Positions 26,201 to 41,200 of a stretch of DNA of 64,000 nt are shown here, one piece after another. This DNA comes from Camelus ferus. Taxonomy: Eukaryota. The notes under the pieces are model-generated. The model ran no database searches and was not told where the DNA came from. It saw only the letters and a list, made by a program, of their open reading frames with translations. Both the position numbers and the translations under genes were made by a program. Numbering within the stretch: the stretch's first letter is position 1; every line of letters starts with the position of its first letter. The stretch covers positions 83,764,001-83,828,000 of the forward strand of contig NC_045697.1 in the NCBI RefSeq assembly GCF_009834535.1. Direction: 5' to 3'.

Positions 26201-29200
26201 TATTTGATCGTTTTTTGTTGTTATTTTGGGAGGAGGTGATTGGGTTTATTTACTTACTTATTTTAACGGTAGTGGAGGTGGAACCCAGGACCTTGTGCAT
26301 GCTAAGTATGCGCTGTATCACTGAGCTATACCCTCCCCCTTCATCTTGTATTTATTTGTGTGTGATACTTCAGTTTTAATTTTTAGGGCTTCCTATGATA
26401 CTCCAAGTGCAAAACGTAAGTATCAGGATGAAGGAGAGACAGATGAAGACAAAATGGAAGAATATAAGGCAAGTAGAAAATGGGACAGTTTTATGGTCAA
26501 GAAAAACTAAATCCTTACAATCCATAGATGCTTATTTAGGAAAACAATTTGATGAAAGCTGAATTTTAGAGTGTCTAAAATAATTGTCAGCGACATACAT
26601 GGAATCAAGTAAATAAAGACATTTATATCAGTTTCCTCATTTTAACACAAGAAGTATGTTATGTATAAAGCGCTTAGCATAATGCCTAGTAAGCACTAGG
26701 CAATAGCATTCTTAAATAAGAGTGAGGAGGTAGATGTATCAGAAACTTTGGATAATTGAATCATATTTCAAGAGGCTACAGTACTCTTTTTTGAGTTGCA
26801 TTTTTCCATATTAACAATATGGGGTAGTACAATTCAAATAAAGTGTAGAACCATTTCTGACAGAGGCCGAAGAAAAAACACAACTCCTAAACTTGTAATT
26901 GCAATATTTAGTGGAAAGGAAAGTTAAGGACAAAAAACCTGCTTCCATTGTTTTCAAATTAATTGTCGTGCAACTATATTTAATAGAGAAGGGAATGAAT
27001 AGTTTCACTAAGTCTCTAGGAATTTCAACAATATAATTACCTAATTTCTTAAATGCTATCTTATGTGTTACATTTTGATATATGCTAATATGTAACTTAA
27101 ATATTTGTGATTATATTAGGTCAAACCATATATAGTTCCTGGTATTTTAGCATTTTTTAAGTATATTTTGAGAAATAGCAGTTTTATATGGTTCAATCCA
27201 GTAGAAATCAAATTGATTTGGGCTAAATTCTAATATTTATAGTATATCTGAGGTAAATAATTTCAGATAACTTAGTCAACAAACAGTAGTTATAGCTAAT
27301 TATTGATGAGAATGAAAAGGAAAATTTTATTTTATTGTAAACATAACTAGTTAGAGCTAATGATGTGAAGGCAATAGCTTCAGTGTTTGACTTTAATGGT
27401 AATTTGAAAAAGTTATTATATCTGAGGGAAATAAAACAATTATGTGAGTCTTAATACTCAAGATATTATAACATATAAAATATTCCTCCTATACATAAAA
27501 TGTTTCCTTAATCTTTCTTTTCCAAGGATGAATTAGAAATGCAGCAGGAGGAAGAGAATTTGCCATATGAAGAAGAGATTTACAAAGATTCTAGTACTTT
27601 TCTTAAGGTAAATAAATCATTTTCAAATCTAAAAATCTTTACATTTCAGCCCTATGCCTGAAAAGATTTTAAACACTTGCTTGTTCTCAAGATTTTTTTC
27701 AGTTATTCAAGAATCATTATTATAATATAAAGATCATTTAAAATTATTCATGAAATACTCTTCTGATGCTTGGTCATTTAGGATGAGATAATGCCTTATT
27801 AATGTCTGTAGATACTGAAGAATAATACCATCATTTTAGTAATGATGATTTCAATTTTTTAAAATCTGTCAATCAGCTTATATTTTGTATGCCCTCATAA
27901 TAAAAAATAAAGTACAAAATTAGTATATCTGTCATCAGAGTGATTGGTATTAATTTAATTTTGACTTTTTTTTTAGGGAACACAGAGTTTAAATCCCCAT
28001 AATGATTACTGCCAACATTTTGTAGACACTGGACACAGACCTCAGAATTTCATCAGGGATGTAGGTATGTCAGATTTATTGGGAATATGCTATGGCTAGC
28101 TGTTGATTATATGCATGTAATTTATTCAATTTTTGGATTATTTCTAACAAAACTTTTTCCTGGCTTGGCTTCCACTTTCCATTCTTAGTACTTCTAGTAC
28201 ACATTTTTCCATCAAGTGGTATTACTTTTTTCCTTCTTTTCTTTCTTTCACTTTAGTTCTGTTAGTCTCCCTCATTTTTATTTTATCTTCACTTATTCCT
28301 TGCTACCATACTCTTCCATTCTTTATGTAGTTCTGATTTTCTGACCTGTATTATTTTCCTTTTTTATAAATTTCTTTTAGCATTTCTTGCAAGGAGGGTC
28401 TACTGGCGACAAACTCCCCCAATTTTGTCTGTCTGCAAAAGTCTTTATTTCTCCTTTACTTTTGAAAGATAATTTTGCAAAATACAGAATTCTAGGTTGG
28501 TGTTTTATTTCTTTCAAAACTGTAAATATTTTACTTAACTCTTTCCTTGTTTCTGAGGAAGTTGGGTATAATTATCTTTGTTCCTCAATGGGTACAGTAT
28601 TTTTTTTTTTTCTGGTTTCTTTCAGAATTTTTTCTTTATCTTTGATTTTCTGTAGTTTGAAAATATGTCTAGGTATAGTTGGGTTTTTTTGTTTGCTTTT
28701 GTTTTTTGTTTTTTTGTTTTAGCATTTATCCTGTTTGGTACTCTCTGAGCTTCCTGAATCTGGGGCTTGATGTCTGACATTAATTTGGGGAAATTCTCAG
28801 TCATTATTGTTCAAATATTTCTTCTGTTCCTCTTTCTCTTTTTCCTCCTTCTGATATTCCCATTACACATTATACCTTTTGTAGCTGTAGTTGTCCCACA
28901 GTCCTTGGATATTCTGGCTTTATTTTTCTTTCCAATTTTTGTTCTCTTTACTTTTCAGTTTTTGAAGTTTCTATTGAGATATCCTCAAGTTCAAATTCTT
29001 TCCTTAGCTGTGCCCAGTCTACCAAAAGCTCATCAAAGGCATTATCTCTGCATTTTAAAAAAACAAATTGATTGAGGTAATTCATGTACCATACAATTTA
29101 CCCATTTAAAGAATATAATTCAGTTTTTAAAAGTATACTCCCAGGTTTGTTAAGCCATTACCACAATCTAATTTTAGAACTTTTTAAAAAAAAAATTGAG

Positions 29201-32200
29201 GTATGGTTGATTTACAGTATTTTATAGGTTTCAGGTATACAAATAGTGATTCACAATTTTTGAAGATTATACTCCATTTATAGTTAAAAAGTATTGGCTA
29301 TACTTCCTGTACTGTACAATATATCCTTGTAGCTTATTTTATATGTAGAAGTTTATAACTCTTAATCCCTTGTCCGTATCTTAGATCTCCCTCCTTTCCT
29401 CTCCCCACTGGTAACCACTAGTTTGTACTCTACATATGTGAGTCTATTTCTTTTTTGTTATATTCTTTTTTGTTATATTTCTTTTTTTGTTATATTCACT
29501 AGTTTGATTTTATTTTTTAGATTCCACATACAAGTGGTAACTTACAGTATTTGTTTTTCTTTTTCTGACTTACTTCACTAAGCATAATACCCTCCAAGTC
29601 CATTCACGTTGTTGCAGATGGGAAAATCTATTTTTTTAATGGCTGAGTAGTATTTCATTGGGTGTGTGTGTATTTGTATGTGTGTGTGTGCATATCACAT
29701 CATTTTTATCCATTCATCTGTCAGTGGACACTTAGGTTGCTTCCCTATCTTGGCTGTTGTAAATAATGCTGCTATGAACATTGGGGTGCATGTATCTTTT
29801 CCACTTAGTATTTTCATTTTCTTGGAATATATACCCAGGAGTGGAATAGCTGGATCATATGGTAGATCTATTTTTAGTTTTTTGAGAAACCTGGGTACTG
29901 TTTTCCACAGTGGTTGTGCCGATTTATATTCCCACCAACGGTGTACAAAGGTTCCCTTTTCTCCACATTCTTAGAACATTTTCATCTCCCCTAAAGAAAC
30001 CCAGAACTCATTAGCAGTCAGTTCCCATTCCTTCTTCCACAATTGTCCCCAGCCTTCAATAACCATTAATTGACTCTTGTCTCTATCAATTTGCCTGTTC
30101 TAGACATTTCATGTAATTGGAATCATACAATATTTTGTGACTGGGTTTTTTCTCCACTTACATTTTCAAGGACCATTGCTGTTGTAGCATATATCAGTAC
30201 TTTTCTTTTTATTGCCAAATAATATTCCATTGTGTGTACAGGCCACATTTTGTTTAACCATTCATTTGGGTTGTTTCCACTTTTCAGCTGTTGCAAACTA
30301 TGCTGCTATGAGTATTCGTGTAAAATTTTTGTGTGGCTGTACACTTTCATTTCTTTTGGGTATATACCTGGGATTGGATTTTCTGGGTTATGTGGTAATT
30401 CTGTGTTTCTTGTTGAGGAACTGCCCAACTGCTTTTTGAAACAGCTGAACCATTTACATTCCTACTAACAGTATGTGAGGGTTCCAGTTCCTTCCCATCC
30501 TTGACACTTATTATCTGTCTATTTGATTATAGCTATCCTAGTGGCTATGAGGTAGTATTTCACTGTGGTTTTGATCTGCTTTTCCCTAGTGACTAATGAT
30601 GTTAAGAATCTTTTCATATGTTTATTTTTCCATTTAAATACCTACTTTGGAGAAATGTCTAATCCTTTTGCTTATTTTTTCATTGATAATTTGTCTTTTT
30701 ATTATTACATTGTAAGAATTCTTTACGTATTCGCAGTACAAGTCCCTTATCAAATGTATGATTTGCATGTCTTTTCTCCCATTCTGTGGGTTGTCTTTTC
30801 ACTTTCTTGATGTTATCATTTGCAACACAAAAATTTTAATTTTGATGTTAATCAAGTTTATCTTTTGCTTGTAAGCAACATGTAGAAACTGATTTTAATG
30901 TTTTCATGGGCAAAATTTAGATGTAGCACAAAAGGTTATGATAATGGTAAATGAAATAGGCCAGTCACAGAATGACAAATATGCATGCACTCATAGAGAT
31001 ACCTAAAATAGTACATGTATATAAATATATATGATACCTAAAATAGTCAAACTCATAGAAGCAGAGAATAGAGCAGTGGTAATCAGGGGCTAGAGGGAAG
31101 GGAAAATGGGGAGTTGTTCAATTGGTATAAAGTTTTCATTTATGCAAAATGAATTAATTCTAGAGATCTGCTGTATAGCAAATTGCCAGTAGTTAGCAGT
31201 ACTGTTGACTATGGTCAACAAGACTTTAAAAACTTTAAGAGGGTAGGTCTAATCTTAAGTGTTCTTACTACACACACACAAAAACCAGAGGAACACAAAG
31301 TAACTTTTGGAGGTGATGGATAATGTCTTACCTTGATTGTGGTGATGTTTTCACAGATGTATGCATATGTTCAAACTCATCAAATGGTATACATTAAGTA
31401 TAAGTTTAATATATAAGTTTTTTGTTTGTCAACTACAATAAAGCTATTTTTTGTTAAAGTTATAAGTTGTATAACCAAATTTCGTTATCAGCCTTTCTGC
31501 TTTTGAGACATTGTCTCCAAGGCAAAGAAAATGTACTTAAGAAAATATTATAGATTGAGAAAAAGTTATACCTTCTGTTTTGTAGGTGATTAAGAGCTGA
31601 CCCAACTGTGACTGAAACCTGACTGTAATGAAATCTTCAAACTTGTTTTATTTGCAATTTGATCTATAGCCACCAATTAAGGAAGCTTTACAAAATCTTT
31701 CACATTTTTTACTCTTTAACATTAGAGGTATTAATATGTACTTTTGGTTTTTAACTTAAAATATTTACATAATTCATATTGTTATGAATATGCTTCTTGT
31801 AGGGAAAAAAAAAACCCAAGTAAGAACTTTTAGGAATCCTTGATATTCAAAGCCCTACTTACCTCTACAGTTGTTTAAACAGGCATTATGCTGTTTTATC
31901 TAAAATCTCTCCTGAGGCTCAAAGATTTAAATATTTTTTAGGATATGGGAATAGTGAGTCTCCTATTTTTAACTTTTATGGAACTTGTGGATGTTTTTCA
32001 AGGTCCTCAGCTTGAAAATATATGTGAGGTTTTGTTTATAATAATGTGAAATCTGAGATCTTTGAAACTGTAAGTATTGATATAGGAAATATTCTTAGAG
32101 AAAGTAACTAGTCTTAGAATTGGTAGTACAGTTTTAGATAAGCAATCAGAGTGAGTGAAGTGATTGGTAATCTACTATTAGGAATTCATTATCTTTTCAA

Positions 32201-35200
32201 CTTGATTTGTTCTGGGATTGATTGTGTCCTTAAGGCATCATCAGTTAATTTAAGATCATCAGTAGTAAAGAAAAGAAATCCTCATTTTTTTGCTTTGGGT
32301 AACTGTCTAAGAAACTAAGTAAAAGTCTGATTCAATAACTAGGTTCTTTGGGAGAAAGAAATTTTTTTAGTAAAAAGAAAAGGGGAAAAAAAGCATGATA
32401 CAAATTTTTTTTTTCCTGAGAACAGAATGGCTAAACTTGGTGCTATAAGCAGATTATTTAATAAATATGAGAAATTAAATTGTTTATTGACTTGATCTGG
32501 GCTTTAAAACATCTGAGTGATTTGGGTGTTTGCCTGCATATGGGGATAGGATCATTAGGTATAAAGTGTATATATGAATTATTTTTAAACACCCTAAATT
32601 AACTTTTTTAAAAGGATGTGAGGATAATGAGGTGGTTTTGCTTTCCTGAGAGGGCTCACCACCTGTAAATTCACTGATACTCAGTTATATTGACATTTAG
32701 AATTTACTGTTTTTCCTCCTCAGGTTTGGCCGACAGATTTGAAGAATACCCTAAACTGAGGGAACTCATCAGGCTGAAGGATGAGTTAATAGCTAAATCT
32801 AACACTCCTCCTATGTAAGTGGGTTTGTTCCCAACTCAGGCTTAAAATATCAGTCTTTTTATCCTGCAAGCTTTGTTTGAAAAAAAAATTCAGCACTTTT
32901 GTAAGGTTAACACACACTTTCTTCTGTATAGTAAAATTGTATTAGTTTGAAACTCCAGTGCTGAGTACACAGTGGGTTCTCATTTAATTTTTTTTTCAAC
33001 TTTCTAGCTAATTTACTTAAAGTGTCTTTAAATTTTTTTCTTGGAAAGTCATACTACTTGTATTCTCGACTATCTTAAAATGTTTTTAAATGACTTTTCT
33101 TCTCAAAAGTTACTTACTGAAAAAATGTTTAGAAAGCTTAGTGAAGGAAAAGAAGAAAATGAAAATTAATTATAACTCAGCATCCAGGGATACTTTTCTT
33201 AATATTTTGGAATACAAAAATTCATTTTAACCTTTGCTAAACAGAATGTTTCCCTCAAAAAAACGTGTATAAGATCTTTGAAATTGGAGACATTGTTTAT
33301 TTCATATTTAGCTTGCTTTGAGCATTCTGTATGTTTAACAGTTTGCTAAAATGTATACTGTTAATGATTAGAAGAACCACAAAAAGTACGAGTTTGTGGG
33401 GAAAAAGATTAGCAGACTAATATTCATCCTATTTAAAAATATTCTTACATTTAAAGTATTTTGTATTTATGTTTAAAATACTTAGATACTATGTGGAAAT
33501 AACCTTTAAGTAAAGGCTAGTAGTAACTTTTACTAAGTAGCTGGAAAAGACTAATATAAATAATATTACTAACAAACTAAAAAAAAAATTATGTCCATCT
33601 TTAGAAGCTCTTTTTAAAAGGAATTGAAAACTCACAGTTAGTTGTTTAACTTAATAATAATTGAGGAAGAATGTGATAGTCCTTGGAAACTTCAGATGAT
33701 AACAGAAAAGGGCTCAGAGATTTACATCACAGTATGGATTTTCCATGTAAAGATGAGAGAAGTTTATGTTCTGGATGTTCGTGGGGGACTAGGATTTTAC
33801 TTTGTAGTGTGATTAGATCCATTTCCTAGGGAAGAGCATTGGTAGATGGTTTACATCTGTACTGAAGAAAGATGCCCCTCCATAAAAAGGTATTCAGTAA
33901 TTAGCTCATGTTCACTTTGTAAACAGTGATTAGGAAATATTTTAAAAATTTCTCTGTAGTATCTGTAAAGTATTAGAAAAATCTCTTACTTTTTATGCTT
34001 TAACCAAATAGGTACTTACAAGCAGATATAGAAGCTTTTGACATCAGAGAACTAACGCCCAAATTTGATGTGATTCTTCTGGAACCCCCTTTAGAAGAAT
34101 ATTACAGAGAGACTGGCATCACTGCTAATGAAAAATGCTGGACTTGGGATGATGTACGATGAACCTTTCTACATTGTAATGAGTTATTTATTCTTCAAAT
34201 GAATTTATGATTACCTGATCAGAAAATAAGATTATAAATATCTCTAATGATTTAGGAATCATAAATATAAATTTATAGTATATATTATGGCTGAAAGTCT
34301 AAGGTACATTAACAAATATTAAGACATCTTTAGTCTCATTTTTCTTTTTGAGGCAAAAGTTGAGCAAGTAATGAATAAATAGTCTGTAGACTGGCAATTC
34401 CAGTCTCAGGGTCCTTGGATGTATAGCTAGAAATAAGTCTAAAAACATGATATACTAGGCCTTAAGGAGCACACAGTTTAATGGGATAAACATTGACCCA
34501 AACAAGTAATTGCATTATCATTTTGTTAGTTCAGTAATAGAGGACTGCATAAGACAATTTGCAAAAAACTGACCAAGCCTAGGAAGCTGGGGAACATAAA
34601 CAAAGAGGAAATGACACATGAACAGTGTAAATATATTAGTTTGAATTGGCCAGATGAAGGAAGGGGTGGGATGGGGATTCCAAGCAGAAGGAACAGCAAG
34701 AGCAGAAGGAATGGAGGAGGCAAAGAGATGGGTGGGGGAGGTCTGTATGTAAGTTGATGTTGTTGGAACACAGATTGGGACTCTCTTGAGATGCTGTCTT
34801 AGTGGGTCGGACTTTTATCCCAAAGGCATTAAGGAGTTTGAAGGTTTTTAACCAGTTTAGTGAAATGGTCAGATTAGTATGTGGAGGAGGATAGACTAGA
34901 AAAAATGAAGTCTGGAGAGGAGAGAGCAGTTAGAAGGCTATTGCAGTAGCCTCGTTTGAAGATGAAGGAACCTGAATTAGGGTGATGGTAGTAAGAATAG
35001 GAAGGAGATTATAAATTCACTAATGTTTAGTAGATACTTTTGGTGAGGTCTAGTGGATGAGGGTAGGAGTTAAAGATGACTCAAAGGATTGAGTCTTGGG
35101 ATAAGTGGGGTGAGTTTTCATCAGCTGAGAGTCAATTTAAGAAGAAGAGCAGGGTTAGAGGGATTAGGTAATACTGAATGTGTTGATTTTGAGGTGTATG

Positions 35201-38200
35201 TGAGACATTCAAGCATAGATTGTAACAGCAGTATGAAACTTAAAGGACAGACAGATCTGGTCATCTCAAAATGCAGATTTTAGAGGATTACCACATTAAA
35301 CCTATGAGAATAAATGAATTTGTCTTGAGCTAGTGTCTCAATTAAGATACAACGTGGATTGACAGTAAAGCCTCAGGAAACTTACATGTGAGATACACAT
35401 ATAAAAGAGTTGTGAAAAGAATAGGTCCGAGATGAGTGAGAACAAAGAGTGTGACTGTAAGGGAAGCCAAGGGAATAGAGCATTTCAAGGAGAGAGTGAC
35501 TGGGAGCACTGAACACAAGAGAGGTTGGGAAAGGACTGAAACTGTGAGACTGGTGTCTCATAGGAAGCTGCTTTGAATCTTGCACCTCCTTTCTGAGTTA
35601 ATGGTTGTTATTGTTAATGTTACTTTTCAAGATATACCTACGGTTTTCTTCCTTGAAGCTTTCCCTTAGGAGGTTCAATACCTTCGGCACTTTTATTTAC
35701 ATTTTTATTTCTATTTTATTTTACTTTACAGAAGTTTTTCCTCTCCTTTGATAAGTGTGATCTGTGTATATTGTTGAAATTCAGAAAAGTACAGTGTATG
35801 GTATCTCCATAACTTAAGGTTAAAGATGTAATGCTGTTGATATTTATTGCTGAGAAGTTTTCCAGATAGGTTGCAGAAATTTACATTCTTTCCAGGAATG
35901 TTTAAGAATTGTCTATTGCACTGTATCCTCATCAAAACTGATTAATAATATAAAAACAGTCTCTGTTTAGTCAAAGGAAAATTGAAAAAAATTAATCTGA
36001 TATCTTTGATTAGTAGTTAGGTTTGGTCAGAGAAGATGCAAGAGATTCAATTATATATGACAAGGTAATAGAGTCTTTGAAATAAAGGAATTTCAAGCGT
36101 AGAAAAAAGTTTTGTCTGGCCCCAGAGCCCTAAGCTTTTAACTTTCATGTGATAATATCCTAAAGAAAGTGCTGTTAGCTAATGTAATTAATAAAATATA
36201 AATAAGAAAGGCATTTGGGTTGCACAAGTATTCTTTTTCACATTAGAGAGTCGGTAGTGGTCAGTGTGTTTTGGTTAAGGATAGAGATAGTTATTTAAAA
36301 TACCGACATTTAGCATTTATAACTGCAGTGTCAAGATAGTAACTTGCTTAATGTTCTTCACTGATGTGTGTCATCACTTACCTTTAGCAATACCGTGTAT
36401 ACATGTATATAGGAATATATGTGTGTGCCTGTGTGTATTACATATTATTCATATTCCTATGAGAATATTAGATGAGATGATATCAAGACTTAAAGAGTAA
36501 GAAGTATAAAACTGAATAGGTTTATACCTTTTGTAATTCATTTCCATTATTACTGTCAAGTATTTATTTTTTTACTTAGATAAATTATAGATGATATGGT
36601 TATGATCATTTACTCAGGTAGAAGTTAAGATTTTCTTAATAAATAAAATTAATAAATATTTACTTGAACCATGGTCTCTGGGACTTAACTGACAGAAAGC
36701 TAAAAGGAAAAGAATACCATATAAAATGGTTGCTTTCATAGTCATATTTATAAGTATACAGTATTCTCAAAATTTAGAGGTTTAAGTATTGAAGATTTTT
36801 TTAATGTGATACACTCAACACATTACAAATTGTAATCTCGATTTTTTGACATTTCAGACTGAAAGCAATCATTATAATGAAATGTGTGAATTGATTTATT
36901 TTCTTTAGAACTGTTCTACTGGAAACCAAGTCCTTCCCAAATATTTGTTATGTTTTAATTTTGCTCTAACTTTGGGGTAATTTAATCCCTTTTTATTTCA
37001 GTTTCTTTTTCTGTAAATAGTAACAGACTGCTCTAAACTGTATCTTATAAAGCTACATAATTCTATAAATATGGTTTCCCTTTACCTCTTTCCATATAAA
37101 ATCAAGTTGTACGTAGTGTATGTGTGCATGTGTGTGTGTTGTCCTAATACAGAATAAGAAAACAACAGTAGAGCAAGTTTTAAGGATGAGATTTATTTCC
37201 CATGGTATTTCCTAGTGAAAATGAGTACATTTAAAGAACATATCTACTCCAAGTCTTGATAAATCTCAATGGTGGTTCTTCTGGATTTAGGATGAATGGG
37301 AAAATAGATTTGAGATGATTGCATATTTTTATGCAATATTGTCTTGGTTTCTTACAGATTATGAAGTTAGAGATTGATGAGATTGCAGCACCTCGGTCAT
37401 TTATTTTTCTCTGGTGTGGTTCCGGGGAGGGGTTGGACCTTGGAAGAGTGGTAAGGTGGTGTTTTTTGGTGGATTTTTAAATTCATAAGAAAAAAATATA
37501 ACACGATATGTTGCATAAGAAGTCTGAAGATTAATGTTATTTTGTCATTTGTTTCTTGAATAGTACTAAAGTACTCAGAAGAAGAAAAATGTTTAGAAAA
37601 GAATGTGCAAGAGGCAGCAGTACCCCTTAGTTAACTAGTGTTAGGAATGACTAAATCAAAATATGATTCATTATAACTGCAGGAAGAGAACAGTTTAGAG
37701 ATTTGAAACTAAATTATAGCTCAAAAACAAGCTGCTTAGTGTCATTTACTGCTCATTATCAGTAGCTGAGAAGTATGCTTCTGAATAGCATTAACTCCTG
37801 CATTCCAGATGGAAGCCAAATCAGATAAGACAAATAACACAGTATCTGGAACACATAGTTTAAATGAATGAATGAAAGTAAGAGAGGAGTTGCAACATCT
37901 CAATTTAAGTACATATATTTATTGTATTTCAGAACTTTTTTTTTTTGAATGGAGTGTTTTGGATTCTAAATGGAAACAAAATAATACAAACTTTTTTATC
38001 CAAGAATAATAGGAGCATTGTGGCTAGGTGTTGGGAGTCCTCAGTTTTGCTCTCAGTTCTGTTGTCCAACAGTGAAACTTTGGGTAAAGAGATACTACTC
38101 TTGTGGATTTCAGTTCCCTCACTTGTCTTTGGATAATACTTTACATTTTTAGGACATATTACTTGATATACAATAAATGATCTCATTTAATCCTGGCAAT

Positions 38201-41200
38201 TTTAGGAGGTGTCCATTTGACAGATAAAGAATTTAAGTAGGATTATATTGAGATATATTTGTGCTCAAATCCTGAAATTCTGCAGTTGCTTTGTATTTAT
38301 ATAAATAGCATGTTGGAGAACATCATTACCTCTGTCATTTATTAACTCCATGGTAAGACTAGAACTATTCCAACTGTGTATCTGTTTTATTGCTGGCACC
38401 TCCCCAAGATGCAATAGAAAAGCCAAGGAAGTGAGAGAAACATCCTGTATGTTTTTATAGGTATATTCGTATTTACCTTTTTTAGCTTTAACGTCTGGCT
38501 TGGAGCTTTCGCCCCAACCCCCTAGTCCCCAAATTAGGTTGAAATTGATTAGGAGGATTTGTCTTACTTGTTTATGCAGCAGTTTATTATATCGGTGAAA
38601 GTAGATTTTGGCCAAAAATGATTACAAAAATAATTCAGCATGAGAAATACTGATAAGCTTTTAGTAAATTGATTAGGACATGTTGGATTTTAATGAACAT
38701 TCAATACAGAACAGATATTTAGCAGCTGGAAGAGATACTGATCTTGATTTTTGAGATTTTAAAATAAAAATCTTAAGTTTCATCTTGAGGTGTATCTCAG
38801 CTTATACAATGAGAGCATTCCTGAAAAGTGTGTTTTATGCTGCACGATATCTTTATTTATACTTGATCATAGTACCAACAATATTGTGCCACCATTAACT
38901 TACTTCTCCTACTTGGCTCTTAAATCAGCTAGGGATAAGGACTATATCTTACTCACATTTTCATTCCGAGCAGCTAGCCAACACCTACATATGACAGGCC
39001 TCAAAATGCCACTCTGAGTGATGAGTTAGCTAGTATTTGTTACATGTTCACATGTGACTGATTCTAGAACACTAAGGTTCAGATCTCTCTATTGTCTAGG
39101 TTGTGAAAAGATGAAAGTAAAATTTACCCAATAAAGAAATATCCATAACAATTTTAAGTCTGAATTTTTGAGATTTAGTATTAAATATATTAAAAATAAC
39201 ATTTTAGAAGGCTCTCACTTGAAAATGAGTTATTGATTAGAGCGTTTTCAACAGTTTTTAGCTTTGTCAGAGGATAGAAAATTGAGGTGGCAGGAAGGAA
39301 ACTATCTTTTGAATTACTTTTGATTAAAGAGAGGCTGAGTGTTTTATCCCTTAAAACCCACTTTCTACTGATGACAGTGGAAGGTAGTATTAAATAATTG
39401 AAGTATTATGTAATCCTTTCTATGTTTTGATATTAACTATATCTATTACATTAATATCCAAAAGATATATACGAAGTCTGTATAATGGCTGTATATTTAA
39501 AGACTAGTATTTCTTTATTCCTGCACTAAAACAAAATTACTGTGACACCTTGGAATTTAGTGGCTCAGATCTTTAGGAAGTTTTTAATGCTGGTTGGTTA
39601 TTTTAAGTGTTATTTATTTCTTTTAGCTAAGAATTTTTTTTTTAATTCTTTCATTTCTAGTGTTTACGCAAGTGGGGTTATAGAAGATGTGAAGATATTT
39701 GTTGGATTAAAACCAATAAAAACAATCCAGGGAAGACTAAGACTTTAGATCCAAAGGCTGTCTTCCAGAGAACAAAGGTACTGCCATTACTGCTTTGTTT
39801 TCTTTATTTTCGTTATTTTCTCTTAAGCTTTTCCAAATGACTGTATACTTTTAATTAATTTTAGTGGAAAGATCCTTCTCCTAGACTTGTACAAAAAATG
39901 GCATTGAGCAGTAAAGTAATACATCTAAGTTAATTTTAAAATATTTTATTCACTCAGTTAGATCAACCTATACTGTGCTGGAGAAGGCAGTGTGTATTCC
40001 TGTGTGTCCTAAACTGCTGTAATACTGAGTCAAATATGGGCTTTTGGTACTTCTGACCCCCAGATTTTTTTCCTTTTATCTAGGCCTAGTAAAGAAAGGG
40101 CAGCAGGACTCATAGCTGGCCAGCTAGATAAATACTTCTCTCCCCTTTGCTTCTTCTTCCTACATAAGAACCCTAAAAACCTAAACAAGCACCCCTGAGA
40201 ACCTCTGCTTCTTAGGACTGCCTTACTAGTTATCAGGCTTTAATAGTTTGTGCTCCAGTCTTGCATTCTTCAGGGACCCACTGATGGAGGATATTTTTAG
40301 ACTAGAAATTCTCTTGAAAGGAATCTAAGCCATCCTTACTATTATTAATTCATGCAGTCAGGTGAGATTACATTTATTTAAACCATACTCCCATCATTCC
40401 AGATTGAATTGAGGTCAAAAAAAAAAAAAAAAGAGAGAGAGAAACTGACTTTTCACATTTACTTATGTTGAGTATTTAGAAGTTTGTATCCATCCTTTAA
40501 GTCCATCCTTTAAGTCCGTGCTCCATATGAAAAGGCTTACATCTTGTAGATAGTTTTGATCTTGGATTATGTGAGGCCCAGTATAACATTTGAAGATTCC
40601 AAAGTCAAGTGCCATGTTTCCATAACTGCTGAAAACAAGTTATTATCAAGTGTTGCAGATGGAAAGAAGATTCCATGGTCACTGACTCAGTTCTAAAATG
40701 TGATGACCCCAAGTTTAATATTCTATTGCCTAGCTTCCCTGGCAATCTTCCCATATCCAGAGATCCAGATTTTTCTTATTGTACTTTTGCCCTTAGAACC
40801 ATATCCCAAAGATTCAGAGAAACGAGGATTGTCTTTGAATTGGGAACATCAGAAATGTAAAATGTTATGAACTATGACTGTTAATGAAAAGAGATTCATT
40901 GGTCTGCTCTTACTGTTGTTTAGGAACACTGCCTCATGGGGATCAAAGGAACCGTTAAGCGTAGCACAGACGGGGACTTCATTCATGCTAATGTTGACAT
41001 TGACTTGATTATCACAGAAGAACCTGAAATTGGCAATATAGAGAAGCCTGTAGAAATTTTTCATATAATTGAACATTTTTGTCTTGGTAGAAGACGCCTT
41101 CATCTATTTGGGAGAGATAGTACAATTCGACCAGGTAAGGGGAAAAAAGAAAGCAGTATAGTTCTGTGGGATAAAGATGTTAAGAAATAGCACACGGTGC

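Noticed and set aside
28387..30810. Hydrophobic + strand ORFs resembling membrane proteins
   Set aside because: Antisense translations of T-rich L1 sequence
34082..34093. EPPL in place of the catalytic DPPW motif
   Set aside because: This is the normal, known state of catalytically inactive METTL14, not a lesion
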